Shown piece after piece: positions 26,063 to 41,900 of a stretch of 64,000 nucleotides of DNA. The first letter of the stretch is position 1, and the number at the start of each line of letters is the position of its first letter. This DNA is from Eledone cirrhosa (taxonomy: Eukaryota): positions 42,718,001-42,782,000 of the forward strand of contig OZ024747.1 in NCBI GenBank assembly GCA_964016885.1, given 5' to 3'. The notes under the pieces were generated by a model. The model searched no databases, had not been told where the DNA came from, and was given only the letters and a program-made list of their open reading frames with translations. The translations under genes and the position numbers were made by a program.

Positions 26063-26798
26063 TCTATATATATAAAACTGTGGTTGTCTGTCTGTCTATC
26101 GATTTTTGGCACACATCTCCTCTTAGAATCTCTCACGGAATTGCACCGAAATTGCTATACTTGTACATTGAGCCCCAGCGAAGACATCGGAAAAAAAATA
26201 TTTCAAATTGACCCACCCTATGTGACGAAATCGAATATAATGTATCGATTTTTGAGCGTAAGTTATCAGTTATTTCCCTTTGTTCTGTTTACATTGAGCG
26301 TCTTACGTAAAAAATTACGCTGGCTTTCTCAGCGTTTAAAATGACATTAACACAATACACGAACAGTTGTCGAGCCAGCAAAATATTGACCTGCAAAATT
26401 CATCAGTTCGAACACTAAGCTTCCGTTCTGCTTCATTTCCATTTAAAAGCATTTTAAAACAATATTTTTACTTGAAAACAAGTCTATTTAAAGACTACGT
26501 AAAACAAGCAAATATTTCGTAAAAAAAAGCAAAAATTATATAAGTTTATTTAAAATATATGTATCTGTAAATTTCGTTAGGCGTACAGACAGACAGTCGT
26601 GCAGACAGACAGTCGTGCAGAGAGGTGATATACGCGTGCAGACAGATAGTGGTGCAGAGAGGTGATATAGGCGTGCAGACAGACAGTCGTGCAGAGAGGT
26701 GATATAGGCGTGCAGACAGACAGTCGTGCAGAGAGGTGATATAGGCGTGCAGACAGACATAACTGATAATTTGGTTACGCTAATGTTTTTCTCTGCGT
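26063..26798 (+). mobile_element. Second, near-identical Helitron copy cut off by the assembly gap (4 minisatellite units)
   Basis: Same A|TCTATATATATAAAACTGTGGTTGTCTG start; only a few substitutions and small indels relative to copy 1. Confidence 0.9.
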
Positions 26799-26998
26799 NN
26801 NNNNNNNNNNNNNNNNNNNNNNNNNNNNNNNNNNNNNNNNNNNNNNNNNNNNNNNNNNNNNNNNNNNNNNNNNNNNNNNNNNNNNNNNNNNNNNNNNNNN
26901 NNNNNNNNNNNNNNNNNNNNNNNNNNNNNNNNNNNNNNNNNNNNNNNNNNNNNNNNNNNNNNNNNNNNNNNNNNNNNNNNNNNNNNNNNNNNNNNNNN
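26799..26998. other. Scaffold gap (200 N)
   Basis: Run of exactly 200 N, probably a placeholder of unknown true size. Confidence 0.99.
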
Positions 26999-29900
26999 GT
27001 AACTGTCATGATGTGACAATAGTAACTGTCATGATGTGACAATAGTAACTGTCATGATGTGACAATAGTAACTGTTACGATGTGACAGTATCTGTTATGA
27101 TGTGACAATAGTAACTGTCATGATGTGACAATAATAAATGTTATGATGTGACAATAGTAACTGTCATGATGTGACAATAGTATCTGTCATGATGTGACAA
27201 TAGTAACTGTCATGATGTGACAATAGTAACTGTCATGATGTGACAATAGTAACTGTCATGATGTGACAATAGTAACTGTCATGATGTGACAATAGTAACT
27301 GTCATGATGTGACAATAGTAACTGTCATGATGTGACAATAGTAACTGTCATGATGTGACAATAGTAACTGTCATGATGTGACAATAGGAACTGTTATAAT
27401 GTGACAATAGTAACTGTCATGATGTGACAATAGTATCTGTCATGATGTGACAATAGTAAATGTCATGATGTGACAATAGTAACCGTTATGATGTGACAAT
27501 AGTAGCTGTTATGATGTGACAATAGTAACTGTCATGATGTGACAATAGTAACTGTCATGATGTGACAATAGTAACTGTCATGATGTGACAATAGTAACTG
27601 TCATGATGTGACAATAGTAACTGTCATGATGTGACAATAGTAACTGTTATGATGTGACAATAGTAAATGTCATGATGTGACAATAGTAACTTATGATTTG
27701 ACAATAGTAACTGTCATGATGTGACAATAGTAACTGTCATGATGTGACAATAGTAAGTGTCATGATGTGACAATAGTAACTGTCATGATGTGACAATAGT
27801 ATCTGTCATGATGTGACAATAGTAAATGTCATGATGTGACAATAGTAACTGTCATGATGTGACAATAGTAACTTATGATGTGACAATAGTAATTGTCATG
27901 ATGTGACAATAGTAACTGTCATGATGTGACAATAGTAACTGTCATGATGTGACAATAGTAACTGTCATGATGTGACAATAGTAACTGTCATGATGTGACA
28001 ATAGTAACTGTCATGATGTGACAATAGTAACTGTCATGATGTGACAATAGTAACTGTCATGATGTGACAATAGTAACTGTTATGATGTGACAATAGTAAA
28101 TGTCATGATGTGACAATAGTAACTGTCATGATGTGACAATGGTAACTGTCATGATGTGACAATAGTAACTGTTATGATGTGACAATAGTAAATATCATGA
28201 TGTGACAATAGTAACTGTTATGATGCGACAATAGTAACTGTCATGATGTGACAATAGTAACTGTTATGATGTGACAATAGTAAATGGCATGATGTGACAA
28301 TAGTAACTGTCATGATGTGACAATAGTAACTGTCATGATGTGACAATAGTAACTGTTATGATGTGACAATAGTAAATGTCATGATGTGACAATAGTAACT
28401 GTCATGATGTGACAATAGTAACTGTCATGATGTGACAATAGTAACTGTCATGATGTGACAATAGTAACTGTCATGATGTGACAATAGTAACTGTTACGAT
28501 GTGACAGTATCTGTTATGATGTGACAATAGTAACTGTCATGATGTGACAATAATAAATGTTATGATGTGACAATAGTAACTGTCATGATGTGACAATAGT
28601 ATCTGTCATGATGTGACAATAGTAACTGTCATGATGTGACAATAGTAACTGTCATGATGTGACAATAGTAACTGTCATGATGTGACAATAGTAACTGTCA
28701 TGATGTGACAATAGTAACTGTCATGATGTGACAATAGTAACTGTCATGATGTGACAATAGTAACTGTCATGATGTGACAATAGTAACTGTCATGATGTGA
28801 CAATAGTAACTGTTATGATGTGACAATAGTAACTGTCATGATGTGACAATAGTAACTGTCATGATGTGACAATAGTAACTGTTAATATGTGACAATAGTA
28901 ACTGTTATAATGTGACAATAGTAACTGTCATGATGTGACAATAGTATCTGTCATGATGTGACAATAGTAAATGTCATGATGTGACAATAGTAACTGTTAT
29001 GATGTGACAATAGTAACTGTTATTATGTGACAATAGTAACTGTCATGATGTGACAATAGTAACTGTCATGATGTGACAATAGTAACTGTCATGATGTGAC
29101 AATAGTAACTGTCATGATGTGACAATAGTAACTGTCATGATGTGACAATAGTAACTGTTATGATGTGACAATAGTAAATGTCATGATGTGACAATAGTAA
29201 CTGTTATGATTTGACAATAGTAACTGTCATGATGTGACAATAGTAACTGTCATGATGTGACAATAGTAAGTGTCATGATGTGACAATAGTAACTGTCATG
29301 ATGTGACAATAGTATCTGTCATGATGTGACAATAGTAAATGTCATGATGTGACAATAGTAACTGTCATGATGTGACAATAGTAACTTATGATGTGACAAT
29401 AGTAATTGTCATGATGTGACAATAGTAACTGTCATGATGTGACAATAGTAACTGTCATGATGTGACAATAGTAACTGTCATGATGTGACAATAGTAACTG
29501 TCATGATGTGACAATCGTAACTGTCATGATGTGACAATAGTAACTGCCATGATGTGACAATAGTAAATGTTATGATGTGACAATAGTAACTGTCATGATG
29601 TGACAATAGTAACTGTCATGATGTGACAATAGTAACTGTCATGATGTGACAATAGTAACTGTTATGTGACAATAGTAACTGTCATGATGTGACAATAGTA
29701 ACTGTCATGATGTGACAATAGTAACTGTCATGATGTGACAATAGTAAATGTCATGATGTGACAATAGTAAATGTCATGATGTGACAATAGTAACTGTTAT
29801 GATGTAACAATAGTAACTGTCATGATGTGACAATAGTAACTGTCATGATGTGACAATAGTAACTGTCATGATGTGACAATAGTAACTGTCATGATGTGAC

Positions 29901-32900
29901 AATAGTAACTGTCATGATGTGACAATAGTAACTGTCATGATGTGACAATAGTAACTGTCATGATGTGACAATAGTAACTGTCATGATGTGACAATCGTAA
30001 CTGTCATGATGTGACAATAGTAACTGTCATGATGTGACAATAGTAACTGTCATGATGTGACAATAGTAACTGTTATGATGTGACAATAGTAAATGTCATG
30101 ATGTGACAATAGTAACTGTCATGATGTGACAATATTAACTGTCATGATGTGACAATAGTAACTGTTATGATGTGACAATAGTAAATGTCATGATGTGACA
30201 ATAGTAACTGTTATGATGTGACAATAGTAACTGTCATGATGTGACAATAGTAACTGTTATGATGTGACAATAGTAAATGGCATGATGTGACAATAGTAAC
30301 TGTCATGATGTGACAATAGTAACTGTCATGATGTGACAATAGTAACTGTTATGATGTGACAATAGTAAATGTCATGATGTGACAATAGTAACTGTCATGA
30401 TGTGACAATAGTAACTGTCATGATATGACAATAGTAACTGTCATGATGTGACAATAGTAACTGTTACGATGTGACAGTATCTGTTATGATGTGACAATAG
30501 TAACTGTCATGATGTGACAATAGATAAATGTTATGATGTGACAATAGTAACTGTCATGATGTGACAATAGTATCTGTCATGATGTGATAATAGTAACTGT
30601 CATGATGTGACAATAGTAACTGTCATGATGTGACAATAGTAACTGTCATGATGTGACAATAGTAACTGTCATGATGTGACAATAGTAACTGTCATGATGT
30701 GACAATAGTAACTGTCATGATGTGACAATAGTAACTGTCATGATGTGACAATAGTAACTGTCATGATGTGACAATAGTAACTGTTATGATGTGACAATAG
30801 TAACTGTCATGATGTGACAATAGTAACTGTCATGATGTGACAATAGTAACTGTTAATATGTGACAATAGTAACTGTTATAATGTGACAATAGTAACTGTC
30901 ATGATGTGACAATAGTATCTGTCATGATGTGACAATAGTAACTGTTATTATGTGACAATAGTAACTGTCATGATGTGACAATAGTAACTGTCATGATGTG
31001 ACAATAGTAACTGTCATGATGTGACAATAGTAACTGTCATGATGTGACAATAGTAACTGTCATGATGTGACAATAGTAACTGTCATGATGTGACAATAGT
31101 AACTGTTATGATGTGACAATAGTAAATGTCATGATGTGACAATAGTAACTGTTATGATTTGACAATAGTAACTGTCATGATGTGACAATAGTAACTGTCA
31201 TGATGTGACAATAGTAAGTGTCATGATGTGACAATAGTAACTGTCATGATGTGACAATAGTATCTGTCATGATGTGACAATAGTAACTGTCATGATGTGA
31301 CAATAGTAACTGTCATGATGTGACAATAGTAACTTATGATGTGACAATAGTAATTGTCATGATGTGACAATAGTAACTGTCATGATGTGACAATAGTAAC
31401 TGTCATGATGTGACAATAGTAACTGTCATGATGTGACAATAGTAACTGTCATGATGTGACAATAGTAACTGTCATGATGTGACAATAGTAACTGTCATGA
31501 TGTGACAATAGTAAATGTTATGATGTGACAATAGTAACTGTCATGATGTGACAATAGTAACTGTTCATGATGTGACAATAGTAACTGTCATGATGTGACA
31601 ATAGAAACTGTCATGATGTGACAATAGTAACTGTCATGATGTGACAATAGTAACTGTCATGATGTGACAATAGTAACTGTCATGATGTGACAATAGTAAC
31701 TGTATGATGTGACAATAGTAACTGTCATGATGTGACAATAGTAACTGTCATGATGTGACAATAGTAACTGTCATGATGTGACAATAGTAAATGTCATGAT
31801 GTGACAATAGTAAATGTCATGATGTGACAATAGTAACTGTCATGATGTGACAATAGTAACTGTCATGATGTAACAATAGTAACTGTCATGATGTGACAAT
31901 AGTAACTGTCATGATGTGACAATAGTAACTGTCATGATGTGACAATAGTAACTGTCATGATGTGACAATAGTAACTGTCATGATGTGACAATAGTAACTG
32001 TCATGATGTGACAATAGTAACTGTTATGATGTGACAATAGTAACTGTCATGATGTGACAATAGTATCTGTCATGATGTGACAATAGTAACTGTCATGATT
32101 GTGACAATAGTAACTGTCATGATGTGACAATAGTAACTGTCATGATGTGACAATAGTAACTGTCATGATGTGACAATAGTAACTGTCATGATGTGACAAT
32201 AGTAACTGTCATGATGTGACAATAGTAACTGTCATGATGTGACAATAGTAACTGTTATGATGTGACAATAGGTAACTGTCATGATGTGACAATAGTAACT
32301 GTTCATGATGTGACAATAGTAACTGTCATGATGTGACAATAGTAACTGTTATGATGTGACAATAGTAACTGTCATGATGTGACAATAGTAACTGTCATGA
32401 TGTGACAATAGTAACTGTCATGATGTGACAATAGTAACTGTCATGATGTGACAATAGTAACTGTCATGATGTGACAATAGTAACTGTCATGATGTGACAA
32501 TAGTAACTGTCATGATGTGACAATAGTAAATGTCATGATGTGACAATAGTAACTGTCATGATGTGACAATAGTAACTGTCATGATGTGACAATAGTAAAC
32601 TGTCATGATGTGACAATAGTAACTGTTATGATGTGACAATAGTAACTGTCATGATGTGACAATAGTAACTGTCATGATGTGACAATAGTAAACTGTCATG
32701 ATGTGACAATAGTAACTGTTATGATGTGACAATAGTAACTGTCATGATGTGACAATAGTAACTGTCATGATGTGACAATAGTAACTGTCATGATGTGACA
32801 ATAGTAACTGTTATGATGTGACAATAGTAACTGTCATGATGTGACAATAGTAACTGTTATGATGTGACAATAGTAACTGTCATGATGTGACAATAGACTG

Positions 32901-35900
32901 TTATGATGTGACAATAGTAACTGTCATGATGTGACAATAGTAAGTGTCATGATGTGACAATAGTAACTGTCATGATGTGACAATAGTAACTGTCATGATG
33001 TGACAATAGTAACTGTCATGATGTGACAATAGTAACTGTCATGATGTGACAATAGTAACTGTCATGATGTGACAATAGTAACTGTCATGATGTGACAATA
33101 GTAACTGTCATGATGTGACAATAGTAACTGTCATGATGTGACAATAGTAACTGTCATGATGTGACAATAGTAACTGTCATGATGTGACAATAGTAACTGT
33201 CATGATGTGACAATAGTAACTGTCATGATGTGACAATAGTAACTGTCATGATGTGACAATAGTAACTGTCATGATGTGACAATAGTAACTGTCATGATGT
33301 GACAATAGTAACTGTCATGATGTGACAATAGTAACTGTCATGATGTGACAATAGTAACTGTCATGATGTGACAATAGTAACTGTTATGATGTGACAATAG
33401 TAACTGTCATGATGTGACAATAGTAACTGTCATGATGTGACAATAGTAACTGTCATGATGTGACAATAGTAACTGTCATGATGTGACAATAGTAACTGTC
33501 ATGATGTGACAATAGTAACTGTCATGATGTGACAATAGTAACTGTATGATGTGACAATAGTAACTGTCATGATGTGACAATAGTAACTGTCATGATGTGA
33601 CAATAGTAACTGTCATGATGTGACAATAGTAACTGTCATGATGTGACAATAGTAACTGTCATGATGTGACAATAGTAACTGTCATGATGTGACAATAGTA
33701 ACTCGTCATGATGTGACAATAGTAACTGTCATGATGTGACAATAGTAACTGTCATGATGTGACAATAGTAACTGTCATGATGTGACAATAGTAACTGTCA
33801 TGATTGTGACAATAGTAACTGTCATGATGTGACAATAGTAACTGTCATGATGTGACAATAGTAACTGTCATGATGTGACAATAGTAACTGTCATGATGTG
33901 ACAATAGTAACTGTCATGATGTGACAATAGTAACTGTTATGATGTGACAATAGTAACTGTCATGATGTGACAATAGTAACTGTCATGATGTGACAATAGT
34001 AACTGTCATGATGTGACAATAGTAACTGTCATGATGTGACAATAGTAACTGTCATGATGTGACAATAGTAACTGTCATGATGTGACAATAGTAACTGTCA
34101 TGATGTGACAATAGTAACTGTCATGATGTGACAATAGTAACTGTCATGATGTGACAATAGTAACTGTCATGATGTGACAATAGTAACTGTCATGATGTGA
34201 CAATAGTAACTGTCATGATGTGACAATAGTAACTGTCATGATGTGACAATAGTAACTGTCATTGATGTGACAATAGTAACTGTCATGATGTGACAATAGT
34301 AACTGTTATGATGTGACAATAGTAACTGTCATGATGTGACAATAGTAACTGTCATGATGTGACAATAGTAACTGTCATGATGTGACAATAGTAACTGTCA
34401 TGATGTGACAATAGTAACTGTCATGATGTGACAATAGTAACTGTCATGATGTGACAATAGTAACTGTCATGATGTGACAATAGTAAATGTCATGATGTGA
34501 CAATAGTAACTGTCATGATGTGACAATAGTAACTGTCATGATGTGACAATAGTAACTGTCATGATGTGACAATAGTAACTGTTATGATGTGACAATAGTA
34601 ACTGTTATGATGTGACAATAGTAACTGTCATGATTTGACAATAGTAACTGTCATGATGTGACAATAGTAACTGTCATGATGTGACAATAGTAACTGTCAT
34701 GATGTGACAATGGTAACTGTCTATGATGTGACAATAGTAACTGTCATGATGTGACAATAGTAACTGTCATGATGTGACAATAGTAACTGTCATGATGTGA
34801 CAATAACTGTTATGATGTGACAATAGTAACTGTCATGATGTGACAATAGTAACTGTCATGATGTGACAATAGTAACTGTCATGATGTGACAATAGTAACT
34901 GTCATGATGTGACAATAGTAACTGTCATGATGTGACAATAGTAACTGTCATGATGTGACAATAGTAACTATCATGATGTGACAATAGTAACTGTCATGAT
35001 GTGACAATAGTAACTGTCATGATGTGACAATAGTAACTGTCATGATGTGACAATAGTAACTGTCATGATGTGACAATAGTAAACTGTCATGATGTGACAA
35101 TAGTAACTGTCATGATGTGACAATAGTAACTGTCATGATGTGACAATGGTAAATGTATGATGTGACAATAGTAACTGTCATGATGTGACAATAGTAACTG
35201 TCATGATGTGACAATAGTAACTGTCATGATGTGACAATAGTAACTGTCATGATGTGACAATAGTAACTGTCATGATGTGACAATAGTAACTGTCATGATG
35301 TGGACAATAGTAACTGTCATGATGTGACAATAGTAACTGTCATGATGTGACAATAGTAACTGTCATGATGTGACAATAGTAACTGTCATGATGTGACAAT
35401 AGTAACTTATGATGTGACAATAGTAACTGTCATGATGTGACAATAGTAACTGTCATGATGTGACAATAGTAACTGTCATGATGTGACAATAGTAACTGTC
35501 ATGATGTGACAATAGTAACTGTCATGATGTGACAATAGTAACTGTCATGATGTGACAATAGTAACTGTCATGATGTGACAATAGTAACTGTCATGATGTG
35601 ACAATAGTAACTGTTATGATGTGACAATAGTAAATGTCATGATGTGACAATAGTAACTGTCATGATGTGACAATAGTAACTGTCATGATGTGACAATAGT
35701 AACTGTTATGATGTGACAATAGTAAATGTCATGATGTGACAATAGTAACTGTTATGATGCGACAATAGTAACTGTCATGATGTGACAATAGTAACTGTTA
35801 TGATGTGACAATAGTAATGGCATGATGTGACAATAGTAACTGTCATGATGTGACAATAGTAACTGTCATGATGTGACAATAGTAACTGTTATGATGTGAC

Positions 35901-38900
35901 AATAGTAAATGTCATGATGTGACAATAGTAACTGTCATGATGTGACAATAGTAACTGTCATTGATGTGACAATAGTAACTGTCATGATGTGACAATAGTA
36001 ACTGTCATGATGTGACAATAGTAACTGTTACGATGTGACAGTATATGTTATGATGTGACAATAGTAACTGTCATGATGTGACAATAATAAATATTATGAT
36101 GTGACAATAGTAACTGTCATGATGTGACAATAGTATCTGTCATGATGTGACAATAGTAACTGTCATGATGTGACAATAGTAACTGTCATGATGTGACAAT
36201 AGTAACTGTCATGATGTGACAATAGTAACTGTTATAATGTGACAATAGTAACTGTCATGATGTGACAATAGTATCTGTCATGATGTGACAATAGTAAATG
36301 TCATGATGTGAATAGTAACTGTTATGATGTGACAATAGTAACTGTTATGCTGTGACAATAGTAACTGTTATGATGTGACAATAGTAACTGTCATGATGTG
36401 ACAATAGTAACTGTCATGATGTGACAATAGTAACTGTCATGATGTGACAATAGTAACTGTCATGATGTGACAATAGTAACTGTTATGATGTGACAATAGT
36501 AAATGTCATGATGTGACAATAGTAACTGTTATGATGTGACAATAGTAACTGTCATGATGTGACAATAGTAACTGTCATGATGTGACAATAGTAAGTGTCA
36601 TGATGTGAAAATAGTAACTGTCATGATGTGACAATAGTAACTGTCATGATGTGACAATAGTATCTGTCATGATGTGACAATAGTAAATGTCATGATGTGA
36701 CAATAGTAACTGTCATGATGTGACAATAGTAACTTCATGATGTGACAATAGTAATTGTCATGATGTGACAATAGTAACTGTCATGATGTGACAATAGTAA
36801 CTGTCATGATGTGACAATAGTAACTGTCATGATGTGACAATAGTAACTGTCATGATGTGACAATCGTAACTGTCATGATGTGACAATCGTAACTGTCATG
36901 ATGTGACAATAGTAAATGTTATGATGTGACAATAGTAACTGTCATGATGTGACAATAGTAACTATCATGATGTGACAATAGTAACTGTCATGATGTGACA
37001 ATAGTAACTGTCATGATGTGACAATAGTATCTGTCATGATGTGACAATAGTAACTGTCATGATGTGACAATAGTAACTGTCATGATGTGACAATAGTAAC
37101 TGTCATGATGTGACAATAGTAAACTGTCATGATGTGACAATAGTAACTGTCATGATGTGACAATAGTAACTGTCATGATGTGACAATAGTAACTGTCATG
37201 ATGTGACAATAGTAAATGTTATGATGTGACAATAGTAACTGTCATGATGTGACAATAGTAACTGTCATGATGTGACAATAGTAACTGTTATGATGTGACA
37301 ATAGTAACTGTCATGATGTGACAATAGTAACTGTCATGATGTGACAATAGTAACTGTCATGATGTGACAATAGTAACTGTCATGATGTGACAATAGTAAC
37401 TGTCATGATGTGACAATAGTAAGTGTCATGATGTGACAATAGTAACTGTCATGATGTGACAATAGTAAATGTCATGATGTGACAATAGTAACTGTCATGA
37501 TGTGACAATAGTAACTGTCATGATGTGACAATAGTAACTGTCATGATGTGACAATAGTAACTGTTATGATGTGACAATAGTAACTGTTATGATGTGACAA
37601 TCGTAACTGTCATGATTTGACAATAGTAACTGTCATGATGTGACAATAGTAACTGTCATGATGTGACAATAGTAACTGTCATGATGTGACAATGGTAAAT
37701 GTTATGATGTGACAATAGTAACTGTCATGATGTGACAATAGTAACTGTTATGATGTGACAATAGTAACTGTCATGATGTGACAATAACTGTTATGATGTG
37801 ACAATAGTAACTGTCATGATGTGACAATAGTAACTGTCATGATGTGACAATAGTAACTGTCATGATGTGACAATAGTAACTGTCATGATGTGACAATAGT
37901 AACTGTCATGATGTGACAATAGTAACTGTCATGATGTGACAATAGTAACTATCATGATGTGACAATAGTAACTGTCATGATGTGACAATAGTAACTGTCA
38001 TGATGTGACAATAGTAACTGTCATGATGTGACAATAGTAACTGTCATGATGTGACAATAGTAAATGTCATGATGTGACAATAGTAACTGTCATGATGTGA
38101 CAATAGTAACTGTCATGATGTGACAATGGTAAATGATATGATGTGACAATAGTAACTGTCATGATGTGACAATAGTAACTGTCATGATGTGACAATAGTA
38201 ACTGTCATGATGTGACAATAGTAACTATCATGATGTGACAATAGTAACTGTCATGATGTGACAATAGTAAGTGTCATGATGTGACAATAGTAACTGTCAT
38301 GATGTGACAATAGTATCTGTCATGATGTGACAATAGTAAATGTCATGATGTGACAATAGTAACTGTCATGATGTGACAATAGTAACTTATGATGTGACAA
38401 TAGTAATTGTCATGATGTGACAATAGTAACTGTCATGATGTGACAATAGTAACTGTCATGATGTGACAATAGTAACTGTCATGATGTGACAATAGTAACT
38501 GTCATGATGTGACAATAGTAACTGTCATGAAGTGACAATAGTAACTGTCATGATGTGACAATAGTAACTGTCATGATGTGACAATAGTAACTGTTATGAT
38601 GTGACAATAGTAAATGTCATGATGTGACAATAGTAACTGTCATGATGTGACAATAGTAACTGTCATGATGTGACAATAGTAACTGTTATGATGTGACAAT
38701 AGTAAATGTCATGATGTGACAATAGTAACTGTTATGATGCGACAATAGTAACTGTCATGATGTGACAATAGTAACTGTTATGATGTGACAATAGTAAATG
38801 GCATGATGTGACAATAGTAACTGTCATGATGTGACAATAGTAACTGTCATGATGTGACAATAGTAACTGTTATGATGTGACAATAGTAAATGTCATGATG

Positions 38901-41900
38901 TGACAATAGTAACTGTCATGATGTGACAATAGTAACTGTCATGATGTGACAATAGTAACTGTCATGATGTGACAATAGTAACTGTCATGATGTGACAATA
39001 GTAACTGTTACGATGTGACAGTATCTGTTATGATGTGACAATAGTAACTGTCATGATGTGACAATAATAAATATTATGATGTGACAATAGTAACTGTCAT
39101 GATGTGACAATAGTATCTGTCATGATGTGACAATAGTAACTGTCATGATGTGACAATAGTAACTGTCATGATGTGACAATAGTAACTGTCATGATGTGAC
39201 AATAGTAACTGTCATGATGTGACAATAGTAACTGTCATGATGTGACAATAGTAACTGTCATGATGTGACAATAGTAACTGTCATGATGTGACAATAGTAA
39301 CTGTCATGATGTGACAATAGTAACTGTTATGATGTGACAATAGTAACTGTCATGATGTGACAATAGTAACTGTCATGATGTGACAATAGTAACTGTTAAT
39401 ATTTGACAATAGTAACTGTTATAATGTGACAATAGTAACTGTCATGATGTGACAATAGTATCTGTCATGATGTGACAATAGTAAATGTCATGATGTGACA
39501 ATAGTAACTGTTATGATGTGACAATAGTAACTGTTATTATGTGACAATAGTAACTGTCATGATGTGACAATAGTAACTGTCATGATGTGACAATAGTAAC
39601 TGTCATGATGTGACAATAGTAACTGTCATGATGTGACAATAGTAACTGTCATGATGTGACAATAGTAACTGTTATGATGTGACAATAGTAAATGTCATGA
39701 TGTGACAATAGTAACTGTTATGATTTGACAATAGTAACTGTCATGATGTGACAATAGTAACTGTCATGATGTGACAATAGTAAGTGTCATGATGTGACAA
39801 TAGTAACTGTCATGATGTGACAATAGTATCTGTCATGATGTGACAATAGTAAATGTCATGATGTGACAATAGTAACTGTCATGATGTGACAATAGTAACT
39901 TATGATGTGACAATAGTAATTGTCATGATGTGACAATAGTAACTGTCATGATGTGACAATAGTAACTGTCATGATGTGACAATAGTAACTGTCATGATGT
40001 GACAATAGTAACTGTCATGATGTGACAATCGTAACTGTCATGATGTGACAATAGTAACTGTCATGATGTGACAATAGTAAATGTTATGATGTGACAATAG
40101 TAACTGTCATGATGTGACAATAGTAACTATCATGATGTGACAATAGTAACTGTCATGATGTGACAATAGTAACTGTCATGATGTGACAATAGTAACTGTC
40201 ATGATGTGACAATAGTAACTGTCATGATGTGACAATAGTAACTGTTATGTGACAATAGTAACTGTCATGATGTGACAATAGTAACTGTCATGATGTGACA
40301 ATAGTAACTGTCATGATGTGACAATAGTAAATGTCATGATGTGACAATAGTAAATGTCATGATGTGACAATAGTAACTGTTATGATGTAACAATAGTAAC
40401 TGTCATGATGTGACAATAGTAACTGTCATGATGTGACAATAGTAACTGTCATGATGTGACAATAGTAACTGTCATGATGTGACAATAGTAACTGTCATGA
40501 TGTGACAATAGTAACTGTCATGATGTGACAATAGTAACTGTCATGATGTGACAATAGTAACTGTCATGATGTGACAATAGTAACTGTCATGATGTGACAA
40601 TCGTAACTGTCATGATGTGACAATAGTAACTGTCATGATGTGACAATAGTAACTGTCATGATGTGACAATAGTAACTGTTATGATGTGACAATAGTAAAT
40701 GTCATGATGTGACAATAGTAACTGTCATGATGTGACAATATTAACTGTCATGATGTGACAATAGTAACTGTTATGATGTGACAATAGTAAATGTCATGAT
40801 GTGACAATAGTAACTGTTATGATGTGACAATAGTAACTGTCATGATGTGACAATAGTAACTGTTATGATGTGACAATAGTAAATGGCATGATGTGACAAT
40901 AGTAACTGTCATGATGTGACAATAGTAACTGTCATGATGTGACAATAGTAACTGTTATGATGTGACAATAGTAAATGTCATGATGTGACAATAGTAACTG
41001 TCATGATGTGACAATAGTAACTGTCATGATATGACAATAGTAACTGTCATGATGTGACAATAGTAACTGTTACGATGTGACAGTATCTGTTATGATGTGA
41101 CAATAGTAACTGTCATGATGTGACAATAATAAATGTTATGATGTGACAATAGTAACTGTCATGATGTGACAATAGTATCTGTCATGATGTGATAATAGTA
41201 ACTGTCATGATGTGACAATAGTAACTGTCATGATGTGACAATAGTAACTGTCATGATGTGACAATAGTAACTGTCATGATGTGACAATAGTAACTGTCAT
41301 GATGTGACAATAGTAACTGTCATGATGTGACAATAGTAACTGTTATGATGTGACAATAGTAACTGTCATGATGTGACAATAGTAACTGTTATGATGTGAC
41401 AATAGTAACTGTCATGATGTGACAATAGTAACTGTCATGATGTGACAATAGTAACTGTTAATATGTGACAATAGTAACTGTTATAATGTGACAATAGTAA
41501 CTGTCATGATGTGACAATAGTATCTGTCATGATGTGACAATAGTAACTGTTATTATGTGACAATAGTAACTGTCATGATGTGACAATAGTAACTGTAATG
41601 ATGTGACAATAGTAACTGTCATGATGTGACAATAGTAACTGTCATGATGTGACAATAGTAACTGTCATGATGTGACAATAGTAACTGTCATGATGTGACA
41701 ATAGTAACTGTTATGATGTGACAATAGTAAATGTCATGATGTGACAATAGTAACTGTTATGATTTGACAATAGTAACTGTCATGATGTGACAATAGTAAC
41801 TGTCATGATGTGACAATAGTAAGTGTCATGATGTGACAATAGTAACTGTCATGATGTGACAATAGTATCTGTCATGATGTGACAATAGTAAATGTCATGA

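Noticed and set aside
21024-26136. YI-rich ORFs in the right-hand AT arrays
   Set aside because: Same microsatellite artefact.
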